Notes under the pieces: generated by a model
What the model was told of the DNA's origin: nothing
The model's database searches: none
Seen by the model: the letters and a program-made list of their open reading frames with translations, nothing else
Assembly (NCBI GenBank): GCA_017537175.1
Contig: JAFYLH010000011.1
Location: 323 to 64,322 of the forward strand
Direction: 5' to 3'
DNA: 64,000 nt
DNA from: Clostridia bacterium
GTDB taxonomy: Bacteria; Bacillota; Clostridia; Oscillospirales; CAG-272
Part shown: in pieces, positions 30,162 through 38,767 of the stretch
Position numbering within the stretch: the stretch's first letter is position 1
Layout: the number at the start of each line of letters is the position of its first letter
Program-made: the position numbers and the translations under genes

Positions 30162-31526
30162 ATGTACGAAAAGGCTCTGGAGCTTCTTCGCGAGAAGAAG
30201 TATCCTCAGTTACGTGAGCTTCTTGCGACAATGGAAGCTCAGGATATAGCACTGCTTCTTGAGGAAGCAGATATGGATGTTGTTCCCAGAATCTACCGTA
30301 TTTTGCCAAAGGAGCTTGCATCAGAGGTTTTTGCCGAGATGGATCCGGATATGCAGGAGCTGCTTATCAAGGTGTTCAGCGACAGCGAGCTCGGTGAGGT
30401 TCTTGAGGAAATGTTTCTCGACGATACCGTAGATATGATCGAGGAGATGCCTGCTTCCCTTGTTAAGCGAATTCTCCGTGTAGCATCATCAGAAAAGCGC
30501 AGGCAGATAAACGAGCTCTTAAGCTATCCCGAGGATTCGGCAGGTAGCATTATGACTGTAGAGTTTGTAGATCTCAAGCAGGATATGACGGTCAAGCAGG
30601 CTTTTTCGCATCTTAGAAAGACCGCACCTGACAAAGAGACTATTTATACCTGTTATGTAACAGATTCCAGAAGAAGAATAATTGGTATAGTATCGGTAAA
30701 GGATCTTTTACTCAATAAATATGAAACAACGATCGGGGAGATAATGGATCCCGATGTTATCTATGTTCATACCCATGACGATAAGGAAGAGGTTGCAAAG
30801 ACCATTGACAAATACGACTTCCTTGCAATTCCCGTTGTTGATAATGAGGACAGACTTGTGGGTATCGTCACCATTGACGACGCGATCGATGTACTGACCG
30901 AGGAGATAGAAGAGGACATCGCCATCATGGCTGCGGTAACACCCAGCGACGAGGATTATTTCAAGACCTCGGTGTGGGGACATTCAAAAAACCGTATTCT
31001 ATGGCTTGTTATTCTGCTTTTATCCTCGACCTTTACGGCAATGATAATCACAAGCTACGAAAAGGCTATGAGTGCTCTTCTTGTATCCTTCATTCCTATG
31101 ATAATGGGTACAGGCGGTAACTCGGGCTCACAGTCCTCTGCAATGATAGTTCGCGGTCTTGCTACCGATGAAATCAAGCTTAAGGATTTCTTCAAGGTGT
31201 TCTTCAAGGAGCTTCGTATAGGTCTGTTTGTCGGTATTGTATTGGCAGTAGTAAATGCACTGCGTACCTGGATCATGTATGAGCTTATGTACCGTAACGA
31301 TCCTGCTTATGCAGGCTATAATATATGGACAGTCTCTCTTGTTGTGGGTCTTACAATCATCGGTGTTGTCGTGCTTGCAAAGATATTAGGTGCTGTTCTG
31401 CCTATGCTTGCAAAGATTCTTAAATTAGACCCTGCAATTATGGCATCCCCTCTTATTACAACCATCGTCGATGCCTGTGCAGTGCTTCTTTACTTTAATA
31501 TTGCACTTCTGTTTTTGCCAATATGA
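30162..31526 (+). CDS. mgtE: Magnesium transporter MgtE
   Basis: MgtE N-domain, tandem CBS pair, and TM domain with GTGGNSGSQSSA; aggagg RBS 8 nt upstream. Confidence 0.95.
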   Translation: MYEKALELLREKKYPQLRELLATMEAQDIALLLEEADMDVVPRIYRILPKELASEVFAEMDPDMQELLIKVFSDSELGEVLEEMFLDDTVDMIEEMPASLVKRILRVASSEKRRQINELLSYPEDSAGSIMTVEFVDLKQDMTVKQAFSHLRKTAPDKETIYTCYVTDSRRRIIGIVSVKDLLLNKYETTIGEIMDPDVIYVHTHDDKEEVAKTIDKYDFLAIPVVDNEDRLVGIVTIDDAIDVLTEEIEEDIAIMAAVTPSDEDYFKTSVWGHSKNRILWLVILLLSSTFTAMIITSYEKAMSALLVSFIPMIMGTGGNSGSQSSAMIVRGLATDEIKLKDFFKVFFKELRIGLFVGIVLAVVNALRTWIMYELMYRNDPAYAGYNIWTVSLVVGLTIIGVVVLAKILGAVLPMLAKILKLDPAIMASPLITTIVDACAVLLYFNIALLFLPI

Positions 31527-31537
31527 TAAAAGAAATT

Positions 31538-31573
31538 AAGAGTATTTTCGGTTTTTCGGAAATACTCTTTTGT
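31538..31573 (+). terminator. Rho-independent terminator of mgtE
   Basis: aagagtattt / aaatactctt 10-bp stem with 12-nt loop, followed by ttgtatt. Confidence 0.7.
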
Positions 31574-31625
31574 ATTATTGCAAACAATATTTGCAAAATT
31601 TAAAATTATGTGCTATAATAAAAAT

Positions 31626-32261
31626 ATGATTAAGAAAATTTTGATCGCCCTGCCTTTGGCATTGGCTATGCTTATACTCAGTATAGCTATGGGGCTTGGA
31701 ATCATTCATCTGACAAATTTCATATATTACATCGACATTGAGGTGCTTGATATTCCCGCAAATTCAGGCTTTTCAAGGGATACAATACTTGAAAACTATC
31801 ATGCGATGATGGAATATCTTTCTCCCTTTAGCGGAGGTGAATTTCATCTTCCGTCTATGGCATATTCCGAGTCGGGAGCATTTCACTTTGAGGAATGTAA
31901 GGTGATTTTTAACCGGCTCTACCTGTGGGGTGCGGTATCCTTTGTTTTTGTAAGCCTTATGGCTGTATTCTACAGGGATAAATTTACCTATAGGCTTGCA
32001 GGTATACTTACATTGGTTTTGCCTACTGTTACCGGTATAGGCATTGCTGTTGATTTTGAGCGTGCCTTTGTAATATTCCATAAGCTCTTGTTTGACAATA
32101 TGGACTGGATCTTTGACCCCAGATATGATGAGGTTATATTGATCCTGCCCTCTGAATTCTTTATGCATTGCGGTATCTTTATCGCCCTGTGTGTGGTAGC
32201 GGGTGCTGTGCTTTTGATGCTTTTTGGAGGCTTTAAGTCGGTAAGGAGAAAAAATGACTGA
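31626..32261 (+). CDS. Integral membrane protein (TIGR01906-like, from memory)
   Basis: Four or five predicted TM segments plus a FDNMDWIFDPRYDEVILILPSEFF block that I associate with the TIGR01906 family. Start MIKKIL was chosen over the upstream ATG. Confidence 0.5.
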   Translation: MIKKILIALPLALAMLILSIAMGLGIIHLTNFIYYIDIEVLDIPANSGFSRDTILENYHAMMEYLSPFSGGEFHLPSMAYSESGAFHFEECKVIFNRLYLWGAVSFVFVSLMAVFYRDKFTYRLAGILTLVLPTVTGIGIAVDFERAFVIFHKLLFDNMDWIFDPRYDEVILILPSEFFMHCGIFIALCVVAGAVLLMLFGGFKSVRRKND

Positions 32262-34128
32262 ACATAGTAGATTAAACAAAATTAAGTCGGTCTCGGATCT
32301 CAAGGCAATGAGAGAAGAAGAAATGCCGATGCTTGCCCGTGAAATACGCAGCTTTTTATGGGAAAATGTAAATAAGACCGGCGGACATCTGGCTTCAAAC
32401 CTTGGTGTTGTAGAGATGACCCTTGCTATTCACCGACTTTTTGATACACCTAAGGATCATATTATATTTGATGTAGGACATCAGAGCTATGTTCATAAGC
32501 TGTTGACGGGTAGAAATAATTTTGATGAGCTTCGTATCCCGGGAGGTCTTTCCGGCTTTACCAAGCGCTCGGAGAGTGAGCATGATTGCTTTGGAGCGGG
32601 TCATTCCAGCACCTCGCTGTCTGCGGCTCTCGGCTTTGCCGAAAGCGATGCAAGACAGGGAAGCGACGCATATACCGTTGTTGTGCTTGGTGACGGTGCA
32701 TTTACCGGCGGTATGATACACGAGGCTATAAATAACTGCCGTGAGGATCTGCGTCTTATCATCATCCTCAATGAAAACGAGATGTCCATATCCCGTAATA
32801 AAGGTGGCTTTGCAACACATCTTTCAAAAATGCGTAACTCTAAGCGTTACTTTAAGGTAAAGAACGCGACCCACGGTGTTCTTGATAAGATACCGCTTGT
32901 TGGTAAGGGTGCGGCAAATCTGATACGCGATACCAAGCAGGCACTTAAAAACGCAATATATAAGAGCAACTATTTTGAACACCTTGGACTTTATTATATG
33001 GGTCCCGTGGACGGAAACGATTATTCTGCTGTATCCGATGTGATCTCGGTTGCAAAGAGTCTTGAGCGTTCTACTGTTATTCATATGGTAACTAAAAAGG
33101 GAAAGGGCTTCAAGGAGTCGGAGGAGATGCCTCAGCATTATCATATGGTTCCCAAAGGCGGTCTTAAGCCCGAGGTCGAAGGCTTTTCGGCTAATCTTGG
33201 CAGGATTCTTTCAGAAAAGGCAGAGGTGTGTGATGATATCTGCGGAATCACTGCCGCTATGCCTCACGGAACAGGTATGGAGGTGCTCAAGTATAATCAT
33301 CGTGACCGTTTTTACGATGTAGGCATTGCCGAGGAGCACGCGGCTACCTTTGCGGCTGGGCTTGCAGCTAATGGTATGCGCCCTTTCTTTGCCTGCTATT
33401 CCAGCTTTTTACAGAGAGCATATGACAACATAATTCACGATGTTGCTCTGCAGAGCCTGCCTGTTACCCTCTGTATAGACCGTACAGGCTTAAATGAAGG
33501 TGACGGAGCTACCCATCACGGTATATTTGATGTATCCTTCTTGTCGGGGGTACCGGGGCTTGAAATATATACACCGGTTACATACGAGTCTCTTGGAAGA
33601 GCTATAGATCTTGCCTACGAAAGGGCATTACCCTGTGCTATACGCTATCCCAAGGGCGGTGAAAATGCAGATATAAAAGACAACTTCTATTCAAATGGAC
33701 ACGCATTTGCTCCATATATCCGTTCTGACTTTGACAAAAACGAGGATATATCCTGTGTTATTATAACATACGGCGGCATTGCCTCGGAGACTCTCAGGGC
33801 AGAGAAGCTGTTTGCTGAAAAAGGTATAAAATGCGGAACCCTGCTCCTTGAAAAGCTTAAGCCATACGGTGATATTGCGGCTGCCTTGGCGGATACTCTG
33901 CCAGATACTTGTGACACGGTTGTTTTCCTTGAGGAGGGTATTCGTAACGGCGGAGCAGCTCTGTGTCTCTATGATAAGCTCAGAGCATATCCGGTGTTTG
34001 ATAAAAAGAGGTATATTGTTCATGCCATAGATGATGATTTTGTCCTTGGGGAAAAGGGAAGAACCCTGAGACAAAGCGCAAAGCTTACCGCAGAGGATAT
34101 AATCCACAGCTACTTCGATAAAAAATAG
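32254..34128 (+). CDS. dxs: 1-deoxy-D-xylulose-5-phosphate synthase
   Basis: GGHLASNLGVVEMTLAIH...FDVGHQSYVHKLLTGR and GDGAFTGGM ThDP motif; 624 aa. Confidence 0.97.
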   Translation: MTEHSRLNKIKSVSDLKAMREEEMPMLAREIRSFLWENVNKTGGHLASNLGVVEMTLAIHRLFDTPKDHIIFDVGHQSYVHKLLTGRNNFDELRIPGGLSGFTKRSESEHDCFGAGHSSTSLSAALGFAESDARQGSDAYTVVVLGDGAFTGGMIHEAINNCREDLRLIIILNENEMSISRNKGGFATHLSKMRNSKRYFKVKNATHGVLDKIPLVGKGAANLIRDTKQALKNAIYKSNYFEHLGLYYMGPVDGNDYSAVSDVISVAKSLERSTVIHMVTKKGKGFKESEEMPQHYHMVPKGGLKPEVEGFSANLGRILSEKAEVCDDICGITAAMPHGTGMEVLKYNHRDRFYDVGIAEEHAATFAAGLAANGMRPFFACYSSFLQRAYDNIIHDVALQSLPVTLCIDRTGLNEGDGATHHGIFDVSFLSGVPGLEIYTPVTYESLGRAIDLAYERALPCAIRYPKGGENADIKDNFYSNGHAFAPYIRSDFDKNEDISCVIITYGGIASETLRAEKLFAEKGIKCGTLLLEKLKPYGDIAAALADTLPDTCDTVVFLEEGIRNGGAALCLYDKLRAYPVFDKKRYIVHAIDDDFVLGEKGRTLRQSAKLTAEDIIHSYFDKK

Positions 34129-34148
34129 TAAAAAATTAGGATTTCCCA

Positions 34149-34177
34149 TTGCAAAAAGTATAACTATATTATATAAT
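34149..34177 (+). promoter_or_regulatory. Promoter of the aminotransferase gene/cluster
   Basis: TTGCAA - 17 nt - TATAAT, 47 nt upstream of the ATG at 34224. Confidence 0.65.
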
Positions 34178-34223
34178 AGTTGTGTTTAGTATAAAAATTA
34201 TTGTTTGAAAGGAAATATATATC

Positions 34224-35495
34224 ATGGCAGAAAAAGAAATTGTAATGAACGGCGCAGGTATTGAGGAGATCGGTTTTCCCATGTGGCCTCAGTTCGCACC
34301 CGAAACTCTCACCGACATCCAGGAGCCTATCGTTAACGGTAAGGTAAACTACTGGACAGGTAAGAAGGGTCTTGAGTTTGAGGAGCAGTTCAGAGAATGG
34401 GCAGGTGCTACTATGGCTATCTCCTGTACCAACGGTACTGCTGCACTTCATATCGGTATCTCCGCTCTGGGTATCGGCCCCGGCGATGAGGTTATCGTTC
34501 CTTCCTATTCATTTATCGCTTCCTCCTTTGCAGTAGTTCAGGCAGGTGCTATCCCTGTGTTCGCTGATGTAACAGAGGATCATACCATAGATCCCGCTTC
34601 CATCGAGAAGCTCATTACCAAGAGAACAAAGGGTATTGTTGTTGTTCACCTTTACGGTGTTGTTGCAGATATGGATCCCATCCTTGAGATCGCAAAGAAG
34701 CATAATCTCTATGTAATCGAGGATGTTGCTCAGTGTATCGGCGGTGAGTTCAAGGGTAAAAAGGCAGGTACCATCGGTGATGTTGGTTGCTTCTCCTTCT
34801 GTCAGTCCAAGCATTTCACAACAGGCGGTGAGGGCGGTATGGTTCTTACCATGAACGAGGATATCGGTTGGGAATGCCGTTCCTTCCGTGACCATGGCTA
34901 TGATGTTCGTCAGAGAATGAATATGCTTGCTCTCGAGGAAAAGCTCCCCTATATTCACAGAAGAGTTGGCTTTAACTACCGTATGACTGAGATCCAGTCT
35001 ATCATCGGTATCAACGAGATGAAGCGTTTTGACTCCTGGAATCTTGCAAGAAGATTTGAGTATGCTGCTATGTACGACAAGGCATTTGACGGTCTCAAGG
35101 GTGTTAAGAAGCTTCCTTATAACGATGCTGACAGAAAGAACTCCTACTGGTGGTATCCTATGGTTCTTGACCTTGATGCGCTTGACTGTGATGCTCCCGC
35201 TATCATCAAGGAGCTTGGCGCTATGAAGATCCCCTGCTACGGTATTCAGTGGCCTGAGGCTTATCTTGAAAAGGCTTACAGCGAAAACATCGGATTCGGT
35301 TCTGTAAACTTCCCCTTCAATTCCACAGAGTACACCGATGCGGCAAGCGTTAACTACAAGGCAGCAAGCTGTCCTGTAGCTCACGATCTGCGTTCCAAGA
35401 CCGTATGTCTCTTCCTGCATCCCTCCTGGGAGCCTATCCACATTGAGAAGTGTATCGAGGGCTTTAAGGCAGCGCTCGCAAAGCATTATAAGTAA
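34224..35495 (+). CDS. DegT/DnrJ/EryC1/StrS family PLP-dependent aminotransferase
   Basis: CTNGTAALHI, and FSFCQSKHFTTGGEGGM with the Schiff-base Lys, as in sugar/inositol aminotransferases. Confidence 0.9.
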   Translation: MAEKEIVMNGAGIEEIGFPMWPQFAPETLTDIQEPIVNGKVNYWTGKKGLEFEEQFREWAGATMAISCTNGTAALHIGISALGIGPGDEVIVPSYSFIASSFAVVQAGAIPVFADVTEDHTIDPASIEKLITKRTKGIVVVHLYGVVADMDPILEIAKKHNLYVIEDVAQCIGGEFKGKKAGTIGDVGCFSFCQSKHFTTGGEGGMVLTMNEDIGWECRSFRDHGYDVRQRMNMLALEEKLPYIHRRVGFNYRMTEIQSIIGINEMKRFDSWNLARRFEYAAMYDKAFDGLKGVKKLPYNDADRKNSYWWYPMVLDLDALDCDAPAIIKELGAMKIPCYGIQWPEAYLEKAYSENIGFGSVNFPFNSTEYTDAASVNYKAASCPVAHDLRSKTVCLFLHPSWEPIHIEKCIEGFKAALAKHYK

Positions 35496-35505
35496 TAAAA
35501 ATATC

Positions 35506-35552
35506 AACAAGGACAAGGAAAAATTGAATATTTTTCCTTGCCCTTGTTTTAT
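35506..35552 (+). terminator. Strong hairpin between the aminotransferase and oxidoreductase genes (terminator or attenuator)
   Basis: Stem of about 19 bp, aacaaggacaaggaaaaat / atttttccttgcccttgtt (one mismatch), with 5-nt loop, followed by tttt. Confidence 0.7.
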
Positions 35553-35573
35553 GTAAATGAGGTATTAATTATG

Positions 35574-36617
35574 AGAAAGATCAAATGGGGTGTAATTGGT
35601 GCAGGCGGTATTGCTGACAGACGTACTCTTCCCGGTATGATGCTGGCTGACAATGCAGAGCTTGTGGCAGTTATGGAAATAAATATGGAGCTGGCAGAAA
35701 AGCTCCGTGAAAAGTATAATGCAAAGGTTGCATATGACAGCTATGAGGCTCTTCTTGCAAATGAGGAGATCGAGGCTGTTTATATTGCTTCTCCCGTTGT
35801 ATGTCACAAGGAGCAGGCTATAGCAGCTGCAAAGGCCGGTAAGCATATCCTTCTTGAAAAGCCTGCGGCTATGACTATTGAGGACGGTGAGGATATCCTT
35901 GCGGCTGCAAAGGAAGCAGGTGCTCTTATTGCCTCCGGCTTTATGATGAGATACCACGGCTACCATCAGAAGGTAAAGGAAATGATCGCTAACGGTGATA
36001 TCGGTAACATCGTTTCTGCCCGCGGTCAGCTTACCTGCTGGTATCCCGAAATTGAGGGCGCATGGAGACAGGATAAGTCCAAGTCCGGCGGCGGTGCACT
36101 TATGGATATGGGTGTTCACTGTATCGACCTTATCGAATACATAACAGGTGCAAAGACTGTTGAGACCTGCGGCTTCAATTCTACCCGTACCTTCTCCTAC
36201 AATGTTGACGACTCCTCTAACATCCTTATCAGACTTGATAACGGTGCAGTTGCTTATGTTGACAGTCACTTCAATATTCCCGACGAAGCGGCATTCTGCC
36301 GTCTTGAGTTCTACGGCACAAAGGGCTCTATCCTCTGTGAGGGTACTGTTTCCCAGATCGAAGCAGGTGAGGTAAAGGCTGTTATATCCGGTGCTGACGA
36401 GGGCTACAATGCGGCTCAGAACAGAACCACCGACGGTGCATTCAAGGTGGAGGCTGAGCTTGGTAATATGTACACAAAGGAGATCGAGTCTTTCGGTAAC
36501 TCTATCATCAACGGTACAGCTCTTACTGTTCCGCTGGAGGATGCTATCCATGTACAGAAGGTTGCTATGGCGGCATATACTTCAACAGAAACAAAGAGCT
36601 TTGTTTCTGTTGAGTAA
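35574..36617 (+). CDS. Gfo/Idh/MocA family NAD(P)-dependent oxidoreductase
   Basis: IKWGVIGAGGIADRR Rossmann start and EKP block. Start MRKIKWG was chosen over the upstream ORF-track start. Confidence 0.9.
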   Translation, partial: RKIKWGVIGAGGIADRRTLPGMMLADNAELVAVMEINMELAEKLREKYNAKVAYDSYEALLANEEIEAVYIASPVVCHKEQAIAAAKAGKHILLEKPAAMTIEDGEDILAAAKEAGALIASGFMMRYHGYHQKVKEMIANGDIGNIVSARGQLTCWYPEIEGAWRQDKSKSGGGALMDMGVHCIDLIEYITGAKTVETCGFNSTRTFSYNVDDSSNILIRLDNGAVAYVDSHFNIPDEAAFCRLEFYGTKGSILCEGTVSQIEAGEVKAVISGADEGYNAAQNRTTDGAFKVEAELGNMYTKEIESFGNSIINGTALTVPLEDAIHVQKVAMAAYTSTETKSFVSVE

Positions 36618-36645
36618 TTAGGAGTTAGGAATTAGGAATGAGGAA
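36618..36645 (+). repeat. Four tandem heptamers TTAGGAA-like (tandem Shine-Dalgarno-like units)
   Basis: ttaggag ttaggaa ttaggaa tgaggaa, directly followed by ttATG of the GH20-like gene. Confidence 0.8.
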
Positions 36646-36647
36646 TT

Positions 36648-38756
36648 ATGGATGATTTCCGTACAAAAGTACGGAAATCTCCATTGTATTGTATTATGAG
36701 ATTAGTTAAGGATTATTTGATGCCCTGTCCCAAAAAGCTTGAACAGAAGGATGGGGAAGTAAAGATTGACGGTATTAAGGTTACGGGCTATACATCCGAT
36801 TCTGTTGTGTATAAGACAGCAATCGAATATTTGAATGTATTCGGCGAGGGAGAGTTCGAGGTTGAGCTTGTAAAGGATACCGTATGCGAGGGCAAGGCTG
36901 AGAGCTATACCCTCTCTGTAAATGAAAATAAGGCTGTTATTACAGCCAATGACGATGCGGGTATATTCTACGGTGTTGTAACCTTAAAGGCTATCTATGC
37001 CGATAATACTTTGCCTGTAGTCGAAATAGAGGACTGGCCGGATTTCTATGACAGAGGCCTGCTTCTTGAAAACCGCTACGGCTCTGACTTTATGACCTTA
37101 AAGGATTATAAGAAGGCAATAGACTACCTTGCTTCAATGAAGTATAATCAGCTCACAATAGGTGTTTACGGCTGCTGGTGTGTTCAGTATGATATGAGAC
37201 TTTCAGAGTTTCTTTATCTGCCCCTTGAGTGTCACCCCGAGCTTAAAACTCCCCGTGATATTAGATATTGGTCACCTAAGAAGGATAAGCTTATAGTAAA
37301 AGAGGATGTTCTTCCCACAATGTTCGTGGAGGACTATTTTAATGACCTAATAAAATATGCACAGTCAAGAAACATCACTATTAAGCCACTTTTCAACAGC
37401 TTTGGCCATAATACTCTTATTCCCAGACTTCATCCCGAGCTTTCCGCAAGGGATGAAAACGGCAATCCCACAAAGCACGGCTTCTGTGTTTCTGATGAGG
37501 CTGTTTTTGAATATATGTTTAAGATCTATGATGAGATCATAGACAAATATATGGCTCCTAACGGACTTGATGCTATTGAGATAGGTCTTGACGAGGTCTA
37601 TGCCTGGTACGGTGAGGATCTTGATGATATCTTCGGTAAATTTGAGCCCTACTGTAAGTGCGAAAAATGCCGTAATATGGACCGTACTCAGCTTATGATG
37701 AAGTTCATCATCCGTGTATGCAAGTATCTTAAATCAAAGGGTATGAAGCATATCTATATCTATCACGATATGCTCTTTGAGATCTTTGATATAGTAAACG
37801 AGGATCTTGTAAAGCAGTTAAAGGACGAGGATATCTATGATGTTGTAGTTCTTGACTGGTGGTCTTACACTAAGGAAGAGGATGTATTCCAGCGCAGAGA
37901 GATAAACGGCTTGTTCCGTTCTATCGGTAAGCCCTTTACAGGCTACTATCACTGGGTGATTCCCATGGAATACAACAATAATATCTATGCTCACGCAAAG
38001 CTGGCCAAGAAGCACGGCTTTGAGGGAATAGAGTCCTATTCCTCCTTTGAGTATTGCTTTGACAGACCCTTTATGTATCAGGCTGAGCTTTGCTGGAATG
38101 TTGATACCGTTGAGGATTACGATGCATTCTTATCCCGCTATGCGGCTAAGCGCTTCCCTGAAAATCCCGACAAGGCAAAAAAATATCTTGATATAATGGC
38201 TTCGCTTACAGTAAACGATACCGAGGTAAATCTTATGAACAGCCTTGAGTATTATTGGTTTACATATGTTACACCCGATGAGGAGTACCCCCGTAACTTT
38301 CCCGGCGGAGCATATAAGAAGATCTTTGCCGAAAAGGACAAGTATATGTCCTACTTTGACTCGGTTATAGAGAGAACAAAGAAGGTACTTAAGTTCTTCT
38401 ATAACTACGACAGCGATTTTGGCCGTGTATGGTATGCTATAGCAAAGCATTATTATACCTATGCCACCGAGTATAAGACTATGGTGGAGTTATCCGACGG
38501 CTACAACGGCGGTACACTTGACCGTGATACCGTTATAGAAAAGTTAGAGCTTCTCATTAAGCTCCACGAGGACTTTATGGCAACGGTCGAAGATACCCGT
38601 ATAAAGGCAAACTCTTATGTATATCTTCGTAACCATTCGATAATGCGTCAGGCTTTCATAGACATCAGAGATCATTTTGTAAACTGTGATTCTCCCAAGC
38701 TTGACCTAACAGATCTTCGCTACTGCTTAAGCGAAGGATTCAATAATTTGAGATAA
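36648..38756 (+). CDS. Glycoside hydrolase family 20-like protein (beta-N-acetylhexosaminidase-like)
   Basis: N-terminal ESYTLSVNENKAVITANDDAGIFYGVVTLKAI and IEDWPDFYDRGLLLE resemble the GH20b and catalytic-barrel entry. FNSFGHN and EIGLDEV provide a D-E pair. The family assignment is from memory only. Confidence 0.6.
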   Translation: MDDFRTKVRKSPLYCIMRLVKDYLMPCPKKLEQKDGEVKIDGIKVTGYTSDSVVYKTAIEYLNVFGEGEFEVELVKDTVCEGKAESYTLSVNENKAVITANDDAGIFYGVVTLKAIYADNTLPVVEIEDWPDFYDRGLLLENRYGSDFMTLKDYKKAIDYLASMKYNQLTIGVYGCWCVQYDMRLSEFLYLPLECHPELKTPRDIRYWSPKKDKLIVKEDVLPTMFVEDYFNDLIKYAQSRNITIKPLFNSFGHNTLIPRLHPELSARDENGNPTKHGFCVSDEAVFEYMFKIYDEIIDKYMAPNGLDAIEIGLDEVYAWYGEDLDDIFGKFEPYCKCEKCRNMDRTQLMMKFIIRVCKYLKSKGMKHIYIYHDMLFEIFDIVNEDLVKQLKDEDIYDVVVLDWWSYTKEEDVFQRREINGLFRSIGKPFTGYYHWVIPMEYNNNIYAHAKLAKKHGFEGIESYSSFEYCFDRPFMYQAELCWNVDTVEDYDAFLSRYAAKRFPENPDKAKKYLDIMASLTVNDTEVNLMNSLEYYWFTYVTPDEEYPRNFPGGAYKKIFAEKDKYMSYFDSVIERTKKVLKFFYNYDSDFGRVWYAIAKHYYTYATEYKTMVELSDGYNGGTLDRDTVIEKLELLIKLHEDFMATVEDTRIKANSYVYLRNHSIMRQAFIDIRDHFVNCDSPKLDLTDLRYCLSEGFNNLR

Positions 38757-38767
38757 GGAGAATTTAT

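Noticed and set aside
34509-36551. Very long antisense ORFs (335 aa at 34509-35516 and 328 aa at 35565-36551, both on the minus strand), and similarly 310 aa at 6597-7529 opposite leuS.
   Set aside because: They lie exactly opposite genes whose sense frames carry unmistakable family motifs (DegT, Gfo/Idh/MocA, LeuRS). Their translations are Cys/Leu/Val/Ile-rich with no motifs, no RBS and no independent signals. Open antisense frames of this kind are a known by-product of strong codon bias.
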